A DNA stretch of 37,392 nucleotides from Chiloscyllium plagiosum. Lineage: Eukaryota. A model generated the notes under the pieces. That model did no database searches. It saw only the letters and a list, made by a program, of their open reading frames with translations, and had not been told where the DNA came from. The translations under genes were made by a program, and so were the position numbers. Location of the stretch: positions 617,779 to 655,170 of the forward strand of contig NC_057758.1 of the NCBI RefSeq assembly GCF_004010195.1, read 5' to 3'. Shown here piece by piece: positions 1 through 12,364 of this stretch (its first letter is position 1; every line of letters starts with the position of its first letter).

Positions 1-1147
1 GTTAATGTCCCGGCGGCAGTTGGAAATGAAGAGGTCGAGGGCAGGTAATAGGCCAGCGTGGGGTGTCCAGGTGGTTGCAGTGTGTTGGAGGTGGGCGAAG
101 GGGTCCTCGGAAGGTGGCGTGAGTCCTGATTGTGAAAGTAAGCTCGGAGGTGGAGGCGACGGAAGAAGTGTTCGATGTCACGGCGTGCATTAAATTCATT
201 GATGCGTGGACGGAGGGGGATGAAGGTGAGTCCTTTGCTGAGGACTGATCGTTTGTCCTCAGTGAGTGGGAGGTCTGGAGGGATGGTGAAATCTCGGCCG
301 GGCTGGGAGCTGGGATCTGGTGTGGGTGTGGAGCTGGGAGTGGGGTCGGAGCCAGAACCTGGAGTGGGTGTGATGGTGGGGGGAATGGGGGTGGAGGCAT
401 GAGCAGGGGTAGTGTTCCCCTCGGGGTTCTGGGGGTTGGGGATAGTGACAGTGGGGTCTTTTGGAGGCGTGTCAGCAGAATGCAGGTGAGTGGGGCTGGT
501 GGGGTCGGAAGTGGTGGCAGACATGACAGTAGGGGTGGCGGAAGTCACTGAGCGTGTGGTATTGGCGATGATGTGAGGGCCGGAAGTGGCTGTGGGAGTG
601 GCCATGATGGGGGCAGAAGTGACATCATCAATCAGCGTGGGGGTGGTAGCTGCATCAGCCACTTGGCTAATGGCGTTTCTGAGGCCAGGGGAATCTTCGG
701 GAATGTTTGAGGAGCGCTGGTTAAGGAGGTTGGTGGAGAAAAGTTTGTTGTACTTACAGTTTTTGATTTTTGAGATGGAATTGAAATACTGTTTGTTGAG
801 AGTATGAATTCACCTGAGGATGTCGTACAGAGTGGGTCCTTTGGAATTCTGAGAGAGTGTGGCCCTTAGCTGAGGCAGGGCAGAATGTAGAGAGGTTAGG
901 TGCCGGCGCATTGCTGCAAGCGTGGAGCGGAGGATCTTGAAGGAGAACTGTTGCTGGTGTTTTTGAATCTGTTGTCTGTACTGTTTGTCCTGTTCGTGTC
1001 CGAACTCTGCTGGTTTAAAGGTGGTCCGGAGTCCGTGTGAGATGAGTTGGTTACGGACGCATGCACTGAGGAAGCAAATGTGGCTGTGGTACTGAGTTTG
1101 TTTCACGACATGGTTGAAGAGCTTCAGGGCAGAGGAAATGACCTGGG
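1..1147 (-). mobile_element. Penelope-like retroelement, N-terminal part of ORF (runs off the window start); disrupted
   Basis: Minus-strand translation gives ISSALKLFNHVVKQTQYHSHICFLSAC..., then PPDLPLTEDKRSVLSKGLTFIPLRPRINEFNARRDIEHFFRRLHLRAYF and TWTPHAGLLPALDLFISNCRRDIN, typical of the pre-RT region of vertebrate Penelope elements. There is an in-frame TGA at 810-812 and a frame change further downstream. Confidence 0.85.
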
Positions 1148-1159
1148 CAAACGTCAATA

Positions 1160-1335
1160 TATCCTTATCGATTCCTGCATTCTTACTGCATGGGTATTCA
1201 CTGTTTGGTTCGAGTAATCCACGCCGACCATGTTGCAAATTAAAGTACTGCCATATGCCTGCGTTTTGGCCATGTTCCTTCAAGTGTTACCATTCATGTA
1301 CCCGTCCAAATATTTGTAAGCTTGCATTAAAATGC
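1160..1335 (-). mobile_element. Highly decayed CR1 LINE 3' end
   Basis: The reverse complement (atatttggacgggtacatgaatgg...catggccaaaacgcaggcatatgg...ggtcggcgtggattactcgaacc) resembles shark CR1 3' UTRs. Confidence 0.5.
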
Positions 1336-1515
1336 CAATCGTGTGACTGATGGTTAGTATGCAACCATCTGGCTTGTTGTAAAAACGAAGCTGAGCTGTG
1401 GATAAACCGAACTTTAGTGGCCTATTCTTCATTGAATAGAAGGCGTTTTCAGTCAGCTGCATCTTCTTGGAAGCATGGGCAGAGCCAGTTGATGCACATG
1501 GCAGTCCTGACGATC

Positions 1516-2005
1516 TGAAGCGTGTTTATTGTAACTCAATGAGGATGGCAATTAAGGCAGATGTGCTTTGACTGTGGATGATTATGACTATGATGACTAT
1601 GATGTGATAGCCCATTATTGAAACGCAGTTGACCGAAGGGCAGGACTGGCAGCTCAACGTTCCCGTTTTGGATGTTTCAGATGCGACAGAGAACGACGTA
1701 AAAGTGGTGAATGTATGACATAATTGATTAATGAGACTGTCACTGCGGTAGTAAGAGAAGATATCTGACAGGTCTTATCGAGCAAGAGTAGAAAAAAATC
1801 ATGAAGGTGCAATTACTAGGATGGGGTTATACTCATAACCAGCAAGAGGTTGAGGAACAGTTGTATAAGTAGATCACGGATAGATGTGAAAGGAACGGAA
1901 TGCTGTCTTGGGTGTTTTTACCTTCCCAAATATTGACAGGAACTCCCTTAAAGCCATGGATTTTGACGGGCCGAATTTGATAGATACATCCGGAGGTTTC
2001 TTGAT
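1516..2005 (+). mobile_element. Decayed CR1 ORF2 endonuclease fragment
   Basis: Relics of YDVIA-IETQLTEGQDWQLNVP-GCFRCDR and GVFTFPNIDRN. These parallel the endonuclease at 27221-27720 and contain many stops and frameshifts. Confidence 0.75.
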
Positions 2006-2771
2006 TGTTTTGAATTTGAAGGCGTGTTCTGAACCTTTAAAAGAGAGTGAATACTGAGAGCGTACAAGCACCTGCCAATTGACTAGCTGGCAGGCTTAGA
2101 GTGTACTGGAAAATTGAAAATATTTAACATTTGGAAGTGAAACACATGCCTTGAGGTTTGCTTGCTATTCTGAAGTCAATTCGAATTGAAGCAATCAGCT
2201 TAAATTATGACTGAGAATACTAAAACCAATCGATATTGAATTTATTGTTTTTTTTTTGCCAGCCTCAAACCAATGACATGATGCGACATTAAGGGAATAA
2301 AGAAGCAGGCATTTTGAAAGTTAGACAGAGTAATCTGCCAGCGACACAGACTGCCATTCAAAACACTCTTTATCAAATGTACCTTTTTCATATGAAACAT
2401 CTTTACAGTAAAGGACAGAATACGACCAAGGAGATCAATAGCGAAAAGGTGAAAGACACCACAGACAACAGCAATGTGTTTTTTCTGAACTTAATTTGAT
2501 GCAAGTTTAAAAAAGTTTTTTTTATTGAAACATTATACTTTTATAGAGTTAGATGCAGATAACAAACATTTCCAGGAAAGAAATCTTCGATGTTTAGGAA
2601 GTTGTTGTTTAATGTTCATTTTTAGAAATCAAGAATGATTTGTTATTTTTTCCTTTAAATAGTTGAATTTTGGATTATGGCGTCACTCATATTTAAGACA
2701 TTACGAAACGAGGTGAGCTTTTCTGGGTGTTTGCTATAAGTAACAGAAGGGTTCGCACCCGTGTTGTTACA
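2006..2771. mobile_element. Probable solo LTR
   Basis: TG...CA termini (tgttttgaatttg ... gtgttgttaca), near-identical 4-bp flanks (tgat / ggat) and an internal AATAAA near 2296. It interrupts the CR1 endonuclease, which appears to resume (atgtagataatcgaa) after 2771. Confidence 0.5.
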
Positions 2772-3605
2772 GGATGTAGGATGTAGATAATCGAATATCC
2801 ACCACACTCACACACTGTGCATTCTAGATATTTACCTGTCACATGAGGTTTTTTCTCTCATTCTTTATTCAGATGTGTCATAATTTTGAAATTCTCCCCC
2901 ACTTGGCACATCAGCATGTTTTTCAGCAATTTTGCCCAGCATGCATGCACCAACTCTTCAATGCCTATTTTTACCTTGTGTCAATTTCCTTTGTTCTCCT
3001 CATATCCTTGATAACTGATGGTATCAACAGAATGAACAAAGCCCTCTTGAATGCTTCAAGTGGACATGCCTCCAAGGCATTCTAAGGCAGTGTATCCCAG
3101 ATATAAACTTATCACATCGCTGTTTATTTTCTCTCGCATCACCCTTGTTATTTTTTACGCATTGTGTTTATCACTAATCACTTTGCCCTGCCATAATCAC
3201 TTTCCTTATCTGCACTCATACATCACATGCTGACAATGACAATGTCCTACTTTATTGTGATCTGAAAGTAGATTGTTAAATGGAGTTTACAGAGCCTATT
3301 TGTTCAGTGATTGTGTATATTGCCAGTATCCATGGATCATGATAGTCTTACAGGCAGGTTTCACTATTCTCTTTAAAATTAGCTCATTTCAATGTTTACT
3401 CTCACAGTGACAGTGGAACAACACCTCCAATATTAGGAAGACTACCAGCCACAGACAGAGAAGAGTTCGGTAACTGTGACCAATCAATTGATAGCTTCCA
3501 ACAAAGGACGAGAACCTAACAGAAATATAATTGAAGAATATAAGAATTGACAGGAGTTTACACTTGTGCCTTTACTTTCTTCCTTTAGGTTTTGCACCAT
3601 TGGCG

Positions 3606-3678
3606 ATGGGGGTTGAAGTAGTACTGATTTTTATGCAAACGGGTTACTATCCCATCATTGCAATTATTGTTTTTCCTG
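3606..3678 (+). pseudogene. Orphan exon 1 of a GPR139-like GPCR
   Basis: Encodes MGVEVVLIFMQTGYYPIIAIIVFP, which aligns with exon 1 at 15368 (MSKPTILLMKEIYYPILALVALP). The phase-1 donor is G|TTTTT rather than G|GTGAG, so it appears lost. Confidence 0.65.
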
Positions 3679-4680
3679 TTTTTTAAACAAATGTTATTCA
3701 AATTCCAAACAGAAATGACTTGCATTTTTTGCTTTTTTTTTTGCTAATTTTAAATTTCTGACAGATGGGCACGATTGTCTCCACTTCCAAAGACAAAATC
3801 CGCTCTTTATCCCTCAGTTCCAGCCTCATCATTCGAAAAGACCTGACAAGCAGCCTGACTGTTATAATGCCCAAGTTTTCCGATATGCCTGAGGTGATGC
3901 TTCTCTCAGAATACTGGCCAGTACTAATCTTATCAGTTCATCCCTCCATAACATCAGCAGTATCCAGCACGCCTCAGTCCAGCTGCTCAATAAAGCATCA
4001 AGTATGTCTTTATTAACTAGACCCCACTGTCACAAAACTCTTCATTTACCAATTACACTTACAAAATAATTGACCAGAGGTATCAGCTAGTATTTTCCTT
4101 TTTTTTTGCCAAGGGGACTATTATTGTGGTAATATCATTGATCTACTACTCTGGCCGATCAGGATAATAGTCTCGAATATCAGTTAAATTCTGCCTCAAC
4201 AGCATTTGGAATATCACTTTAAATTTCGGCATAAAAAGGACAAAAATTGAAAGGTAGTGCTAACACTGGCAAATATGGAGTTGTTGTAAAAGTACATCTG
4301 TTTCACTGGTAGGTTTACGGGTATTAACTGTCGTCTGCTTAATAAGAATGGCTTGAATATGATACCATATGATGCAAGAAGGTGGCTGGATATTCTCTTA
4401 ACAGTGCTTTCAAATGCCAACTAGTGCGACACATTTGGAAATTTTGGAATTCTGTTGGCCTTTATGTTTACATGTACAGTTACACGTTCAATAACGACAT
4501 GAAAGATGATTCCCATTTCTCCGTTCATTTGAAACGGTGCTTGTCATCATTTCCATCCAGATATGCATTCATTTCTATGTTTAAAGTACACCCCGTTTTC
4601 ATTCTCCTGACTGTGGAAATTGACGGTTTTGAATGCTAAGATGCAGAATATGGTCCGAAAGCATTGTTGACTTTTTAAAA

Positions 4681-4850
4681 ATAATTCATTTACGTCATGA
4701 GGGCTGGATCAGCAGCATTTATTTTCCATTCCTAATTGCACAGAGGGCTCTTGGTTTAATCATATAGCTGTAGTCTAGAGCCACATGTCGGTCAGACCAT
4801 GTAAGGATGGCTGTTTCCTTCCCTCAGTGACATAAGTGAATTCTATGGAG
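4681..4850 (-). mobile_element. Old SINE fragment (SacSINE/DeuSINE-like)
   Basis: cagcatttattttccattcctaattgc...cacatgtcggtcagaccatgtaaggatggctgtttccttccct...agtgaa matches by recall the reverse complement of the common shark Deu-type SINE body. A shorter related relic lies at about 26770-26830. Confidence 0.6.
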
Positions 4851-6844
4851 AAAGCAACTGTGAGGTGGACGTGCTTTAGAGATAATACTGGTGAATTCAG
4901 GAAAATAAATGATGGAGTTAAGCATAGGCTCTACTGACCAACATTTAATTGGGGTGGGGAAATTGGCTCAAATCTCGGACTGAAAAGTTCATGGACACTC
5001 TACGGTGATTGCCTTGAGTTTGCGTTGTGAGCAAATGAACACGCTCTGGAATAAAGGGAATTAAGTGACGCAATTCTTGGATAATAATTGAGTTTAGGCA
5101 TAATGAGTGTGCAACCGTGAAATGACCGATGCGGAGAGCTGAGATTTTCGAAACAGAAAAGTCTGGAACAAAGTAAGAGAATCATCTTTGCCAAGTGCAC
5201 TGCAGGTTATGCAAGAACACTGGAACACCTGCATCGACGTTAAGACACGAGGTATCCCTCTATCAGATTATCCCTCTCTGACTGTCTCTAGCTTGCTCTG
5301 TCCCTTTCTCTCATACACGCATCAATTTATGATAACATAGAATAAATCGAATGTGAATTTGATTAATTTATTTAAGATGTAACGCGCTCTTAAAAAATTC
5401 CACACACACAAAGAATGCAATCACATTCAATCCAATGGTATTTCATTGTGGTGTTCAACAGGGATGATGTAGCTGTGGACTTAGTCACCGGTCTTGAATA
5501 TTGGGTATGGAGAAAACAAAACAACAACTGTTTTCTCTACTTCATCAGGAATATTTTTGAATGTTTACAAGAGCTGGTATAACAGGAAACAGAAACAAAC
5601 CGTGGATTTGTGAAAAGTGTGTCTTTGTGTTTCTTGTGATTAGGTCACGATGCATTATCTCCACTACATTCGAAACACAACTCTCTTATTATTTCTGACA
5701 CGGTTCCTCAATATTTATACTGTCAGAAACCACTTATGTTTCGACTCGATGCAAAACATCCCAAATTAAATATCGACACTTTTCCTTATTTGATTTCAGA
5801 ACTGTTAATGCGTTTAACCTCTTCCCGGAAAGCAATAGAGGCAGAGTCATTCGATATGTTTTGTGACAGTTACAGGTAGATTTATGAAAGACATTAGAAT
5901 CCAGCGTTATCGAGGCGTGAGTGAAAATATGAAGACCGTGAGACAAACAGATCAGTCATTGATTAAATTGCTTCATACAATACGTTCGCAGTGTCTATTG
6001 GTTGTCTGATCACCTCTGATAGACATCTTTTAGAGTTTTTATTTTAATGAAACTTATATCGCTTCGACTCATACGTCGCATAATGAGGGACTAGTCACTT
6101 TCTGAATCTGGGTGTTACATGGAAAATGTTCTGGAATATTGTATTTCAGATATTTTATTTGATGGGTCGTATCTGAGTAAGGTAAACAAAATAAAAAAGC
6201 TGCAGAGATGAATCCCCATTCCAAACAGAAGAAGACGCCTTCGAATTTCGTTTTGAAAGAAACACCGTTGTAGTTAAAAATGGAAATGGATCCAACGCTA
6301 GATGGAAATGTGGAACAAAGAACTTTTGAAATGAGCAGGTAAATAGGAATAGTCTTTCTTCTTCCCGTTACTCCGCATGTACAACAATGGCAATGTAATT
6401 AAAGGTGTACAAACTCTCTCCCTCCGCACATTTTCTTCACTACAGTGGAGTGACCATGATTTAGACTGAAAGGCAAAAGGCTCGAACCTCCATTTAAGTT
6501 CAAGAAACTTGTAGAAAATCCTTCAAGAAAGCAACACGTTTACACTCTTCATTATGAATCGTAAAGAATTGACTTGTGCTTCTTCTTGAGTCATCAGGTA
6601 GGTGCGAATATTCTAAAAAAATCTTCTCATTAATGTGCTTCTGTCTGTTTGGGAGGAAAGTAGCATATTTTCCTCTCTTTTTCACAACAGTTAAAATAAT
6701 TCAGATATTCTCATTTGTTCTGTAAGGTTCAAACATCTGACGAACCTCACTGCAGACGGTGACCCATTTCATAATCTTAGTAGATCCTCAATCTGCTGGA
6801 AACTTGCCTCCAGTCGATGCAATTTTTTTCTGCCTTTCTCACAG

Positions 6845-7735
6845 TTAACATAGCAAGGATCTTCGGCCTGTTTTATAAAGCTTGTGGCTTGTCTCCAGGT
6901 ATCAGTTTTTATCTTGTGGCTATGGCAGTGGCCGATCCATTGTTCACTATCCTAGATCTGATATCAATATATGTTCACAACGTTTATTGGGAACAGTTTT
7001 ACATCCTGTTGTCCATTCCTGTGTGCACTATCCACGCTGCTGTGCTTTCTGCAGCCACTAAGTGTTCTGTCTGTATCACTGTGATTTAATTGGTTTGTCA
7101 ATATTTGTTGGCAGAAGCTGAAAAGTCAACGCTGCAGTAAGTAATTGGTGGCAGTGCTTCTCGGAGCAATGACTGTGTTGATCTGTTTAAGCAATCTTTT
7201 CCGGTGCTTTATTTTATCACGACCGTATATTCTGAGGAAAGACCTCGAGTTTTGTGTAATAATACAGTGTGCTATTCTCTCGTGCCTGGGTCACCATCAA
7301 GATTATCCACCATATCTTAAACGCGACTCTCCCATTTCTTCTCATACTGGTGTTCAATGATTTCTCCGTCTGATGCGTTAGTGAACCGTAAAGCAGGAAG
7401 GAGGCTGCGAGCTCACAGAAATGGAGAGAATTGGAGAAATCAAGAGATGACAATTCGAAGGAAATTCATTATTTTACTCTTTTTCATCTCAGATAATTTC
7501 ATTCTGTTTTGTTCAATTTTCATCTCTTTTTTTCTATTGGAGAGGCATGTATAATTTTGGATTTCAGTTTGTTTATTTACATTGGTACATGTTAGAATTG
7601 GGTTTCATGCTACAGCCTCTTCGTTGCTGCACAAATACCATCATCAATTCTGTTCTGTAGACTAAGTTCAGAGAGCAGTTGAAGTCTGCTTTGAATTACT
7701 CCTTTACTGATAAATCGATCAAATACACAAACTGA
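6845..7735 (+). pseudogene. GPR139-like class A GPCR pseudogene, exon 2 (TM1-TM7)
   Basis: Acceptor tttctcacAG at 6843-6844. Translation includes NIARIFGLFYKACGLSPGISFYLVAMAVADPL (TM2), IPVCTIHAAVLSAATKCSV (TM3), RRKFIILLFFISDNFIL (TM6) and a C-terminal TKFREQLKSALNYSF. It has a frameshift near 7085, an in-frame TAA near 7142 and further frameshifts. Confidence 0.85.
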
Positions 7736-8508
7736 ACTATCAATCAAATATTTATTTGCTTCAAATGAAATTTTCATAAAGGAAATGACTTGTAAGTGTG
7801 GTAAGAGAACTACGTCAATGCAGGCTTTTCCGACATTATCCCAAATGTCACGTGGGCAAATTGCCATGTTTCCCTCCCCTCATAGAATCGGGCAACAAAT
7901 TTCAGAACGACAGATTTTGACCTGATTACCCAAAGGCATTATTAGCGAGAGTGCTCATCGAGGCTTAAACTAAAACTATTGGGAAACTTTGCAAGAAGTC
8001 AGAGGAAGGGAAAACGAGTAAAAGGACAACAGAAAGAAAGGTTAATTAATCAGTAATATGATAACTCAAGACCTATGTTCAGGCATGGTCACAGCATGAA
8101 AAGTCGGGACGGGTTAATTTACTATGAAATGAAAACAAGTCTTTGGCGTTTGTATTTTCATGCGAGATGATTCGCATTTTTAATTAATAAAGAAATTAGC
8201 GTTAAAAAATTATGGATTTTGGTTCTCATTACATGGAATCTAATTGGTTCAAAGACAGAGACACAAAGATTCGTAAATATTATGTATTTATAAGAGAAAC
8301 CGAAAAGGAAAACTGAAGAGGTTATCTTCTGAAATGACTTTGAACTGAAATTGAACCCGAGAAATATGCAAAGAAGGATCATGTGTCATAACAAGTCACT
8401 TGAATCTGAATGCAGATTGTGAAAATCAATAAGTAACGCTACTGTAGAGGAGGAATTCGACACTTTTTTATCGGATGGTTTTCACGACCAATCTTTTCAG
8501 CTATTTAG

Positions 8509-8610
8509 TGAAACGTCCATTCTCCTGGTCCTTGGATGATGCCTGACCGGCTTTGCTTTTCCAACACCACCCTTTCGACTCTGATCTCCAGCATCTTCAG
8601 TCCCCACTTC
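8509..8610 (+). repeat. Penelope terminal-repeat fragment (hammerhead 5' half missing)
   Basis: gaaacgtccattctcctggtccttggatgatgcctgacc...gatctccagcatcttcagtccccactt is homologous to 14966-15032 and to the reverse complement of 21094-21198. Confidence 0.75.
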
Positions 8611-9146
8611 CGCCGTGTTGAGGATTTTAAAAGTGTGCGAATGAATGTTAGGGCAGTTGAATGCTTTGCCTGCAGAATGTGGGATGGAAGGATCACTACT
8701 AATGTCCCTGCTGACTTCATCTGCAGGAAATGCACCTAACTCCAGCTCCTCGGAAACTGTTCGGAGACTGGACGAACTTCAGATCATTCGTATTATTGAG
8801 AGGAGCCACAGGAAGATAATCCCACCTCAGGTACAAGTAATTGTTGCAGTCAGAGGACGAAAGGAGAACTGGCAGACAGTGCAGGGATGCCCTGTAAGCA
8901 TTTCCCTCAAGAATCAGGATGCCATTTTGGATATTGTTGGCGGGTGACCACTGACCTGTAAACCATGAGGTACAGGTCTCTGGCACAGAGTCTGTCCCTG
9001 TAGCTCAGAAGGTAAGGGGAGAGAGGACCGGAGCATTAATTACTGAGGAACTCCATCGTTTTGGGGACAGATCGAAGGTTCTGTGGGAATGAGAGAGACT
9101 CTCAGCTGGTGTCTTGCCTTTCAGGTGCCAGGGATTCGTTTTTTTT

Positions 9147-9456
9147 GATTTAGATTACATTACAGTGTGGAAACAGGCCCTTCGGCCCAACAAGTCCACA
9201 CCTACCCGCCGAAGCGCCTCCCACCCATACCCCTACATTTACCCCTTACCTAACACTACGGGCAATTTAGCATGGCCAATTCACCTAACTTGCATATCTT
9301 TGGACTGTGGGAGGAAACCGGAGCACCCAGAAGAAACCCACGCAGACACGGGTAAAACGTGCTAACTCCACACAGCCAGTCGCCTGACGTGGGAACTGAA
9401 CCAGGGTCTCTGGCGCTGTGAGGCAGCACTGCTAACCACTGTGCCACCGTGCCGCC
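9147..9456 (-). mobile_element. HE1-type tRNA-derived SINE (V-SINE), full length
   Basis: Reverse complement starts ggcggcacggtggcacagtggttagc (A box), has a central gtctgcgtgggtttc domain, and ends in gggccgaagggcctgtttccacactgtaatgtaatcta. Confidence 0.9.
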
Positions 9457-9621
9457 AAAGTCTGCTGGATCCTGTAGCTCAGAAGGTAAGGGGAGAGAGG
9501 ACCGGAGCATTAATTACTGAGGAACTCCATCGTTTTGGGGACAGATCGAAGGTTCTGTGGGAATGAGAGAGACTCTCAGTTGGTGTCTTGCCTTTCAGGT
9601 GCCAGGGATTCGATTTTTTTT

Positions 9622-9932
9622 AGATTTAGATTACATTACAGTGTGGAAACAGGCCCTTCGGCCCAACAAGTCCACACCTACCCGCCGAAGCGACTCCCAC
9701 CCATACCCCTATATTTACCCCTTACCTAACACTACGGGCAATTTAGCATGGCCAATTCACCTAACCTGCATATCTTTGGACTGTGGGAGGAAACCGGAGC
9801 ACCCAGAAGAAACCCACGCAGACACGGGGAGAACGTGCTAACTCCACACAGCCAGTCGCCTGAGGTGGGAACTGAACCAGGGTCTCTGGCGCTGTGAGGC
9901 AGCACTGCTACCCACTGTGCCACCGTGCCGCC
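9622..9932 (-). mobile_element. HE1-type SINE, duplicate of 9147-9456
   Basis: Same structure, and shares private variants with the first copy. Confidence 0.9.
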
Positions 9933-10994
9933 AAAGTCTGCTGGATCCTGCTGTCTCGGAGAATCCTTGAGGTGGAGAAGGAGCAGTTCCAAACCTTGGT
10001 TCATGTAGGTGTCAACATCATAGGTTACATAATGGGTAGGAATTTAAGGCAGCAAATCAGGGAGCTAGGGGCGAAACTTAGAGATGGAAGAAACATACTT
10101 GCTATTTCTGGTTTGTTTCCAATGCGACCTGCTGGCAAAGCAAGGAATAAGGAGAGAGGGGGGTTGAATGCGTGGACACAGAGATGGAGATGGATGGACG
10201 GAATCGGATAATTGGATATTTGGGCTCATTGTCGTGTCGGTGGAAGTCTACAAATTGAATGATATAGAGGGATACCAATATCCTGGAGGTGGAAATTTGC
10301 TAATGCTCTTTGGGACAGCTTGAATTAATTCAGAAACGGAAGGAAACCTCAATTGTAGCTGCAGAGTGCAGGAGATTCAGCGGAGTGAGGACAGAAATAA
10401 TGTTTTAATATCACTATAAAAAGATAATGTTATCGAGGAGAATGCTGACATACAGGCTATTAGACTGGACTAGACGAGATTGAGGTTCGCAAGGAAGAGA
10501 TGTTCAGTAATTTGCAAACGTTGAAAATAGATAAGTTCACTGGCCCAATGGGATTTATTCTTGGATTGAAATGGCAATTGCAAATGGACTTTAATGTGGA
10601 TAATTGTGAGGTAATTCACTTTGGAAAGAGCCAAAATCAGTACAGACTTCTGGGCTAATCGTAAGATTGTTGGTAGTACAGATGAGCAGAGGGATCTCAA
10701 TATCCCTGTACACATATCCCTGAAGGTCGCCACCCAGTTTGACAGCGTTGTTAAGAGTGTGCTAGCTTTTATAGGTAGATCAATTGAGTTTCAGAGCCAT
10801 GAAGTCTTGTTGCAGCTGTGCAAAACGCTGGCGCAACCGCATTTGAAAGTATTGCGAAGAATTCTGGTCACCACATTACAGGAAGGATGTAGAAACTTTG
10901 TAAAGATGCAGAGGAGATTTACTGGGAATGTTGCCTCTTATGGAGAGAATGTCGAATGCGAAAGGGCTGAATTTCTTGAGGCTATTTCCGTTCG

Positions 10995-12210
10995 AGAAAA
11001 GACATGGACTACTCTTTAGTATTCGTCTCATTTTTCAACATACGCATCTCCATCAAGGATACCACCTTGGTATCTCACACTACCACAAGTCCATGTATCA
11101 CCTCATGTTGCGGCAGTTCCTTCAGTTCCATGCGAAACACATTAAAACAGCCATCTCCTTTAGAAAAAGACTGCATATATACAGGATGTGTTCAGATGAC
11201 AAGGAACGCGATGGACAACTAAAGGAGTTGAAGAACGCCCTCATAAGAAAAGGGAACGATGCAAACCTCATCATTCACCAATTCCGATGTACCACAGTGA
11301 TAAACTGTAATGAATTCCTCAGGAGACAGACACGGGATACGACCGTTCCGGTACACTACATTGTCCAGTAGTTCCAGGGAGCTCAGAAATCATATTATGT
11401 TCTTTGCAGTCTACAACACATTATTATTGAAGATGAGCACCTCTTCAAGACCTTCCCACGACACTACTTCTCCATTTAAACAACCATCAATCCTTAAACA
11501 GACCATTGTTCACAGAAAACTGCCCAACCTTCAGGACGACATCCATCACAACATCATACAACCCTGTGAAGTCGCCTGTTGCAACTCGTTTGAGAATGTC
11601 GATATGGATGCTATCATTAAAAGTGCGGACACCTCTCAGCATGTATGCGACAGGTACTCATGTGACTCTGGCGACATCATCTATCTTATATTGTGCAGAC
11701 ATGTTTGCTGCGAGACATCACACATTGGCGAGACCATGCAGACTCTCCGACGACATCGCGTAACAATCGCCAGACAGGGACATTCCCTCCCAATCGGGGA
11801 ACACTTCAGTGGACAGTGACATTCGGCCTCAGATCTTCGGCTTACCATTCTCAAAGGCAAACGTCTGGATCCGCAACAAGGCAGAGGACCAAGCAGAGGC
11901 AGATAACCAAGTTTGGTACCGATGGGGATGGCTTCAAACAGCTTCTTGTGTTCATGTCACATTACAGGTGACCCCACTACACGATGGAGACTCACACGCA
12001 CCCTCGCTCAAACACATGCACATGCATGGACCCTTTTACATAATCACAGACTCCGGCAAATGCTCTCTCATCTGAGCACTCTCTCTGAGTCACACACACA
12101 TTTGCACCTTGAGAGGCACATACATGCAAGCACAGACACACACTCACATGCAGACACTTAGATATACGTACTCACACTATCCTGACTCTCTCACAAACAG
12201 ACGCACACAC
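10995..12210 (+). mobile_element. Penelope-like element, 3' half (RT thumb and GIY-YIG endonuclease), decayed
   Basis: FHAKHIKTAISF...IYRMCSDDKERDGQLKELKNALIRKG and YSCDSGDIIYLILCRHVCCETSHIGETMQTLR (GIY-YIG-like), followed by a CA-rich tail. Confidence 0.85.
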
Positions 12211-12364
12211 ATAACAACCGATTCCTGTGCTGTACAGTTTTATGTTCTATGTTATATATTCAAACAATAACAATATATGAGCCTCAATTGAGTAGAAGCG
12301 ATGCTGAAGTACAGCTGCTGGCACAGCTGACCGCAAGCCCAAATGACTATGGATACTGGAATTC

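Larger units (their letters stand above)
8997..9950. repeat. Tandem duplication, two units of about 475 bp (8997-9470, 9471-9946)
   Basis: The units differ at about 10 positions, and CCTG is present at all three junctions (8997, 9471, 9947). Confidence 0.95.
8640..10925 (+). mobile_element. CR1 LINE, internally deleted (ORF1 Cys-knuckle and SGNH esterase; ORF2 fragments)
   Basis: ORF1 motifs are VECFACRMW...PADFICRKCT, GTDRRFCGNERDSQLVSCL and LVHVGVNIIG. C-terminal ORF2 reads QRDLNIPVHISLKVATQFD...GRSIEFQSHEVLLQLCKTL. It is interrupted by the duplicated SINE. Confidence 0.85.

Noticed and set aside
2..807. Pro-rich and Gly/Val-rich ORFs
   Set aside because: These are alternative frames or the antisense of the Penelope ORF linker.
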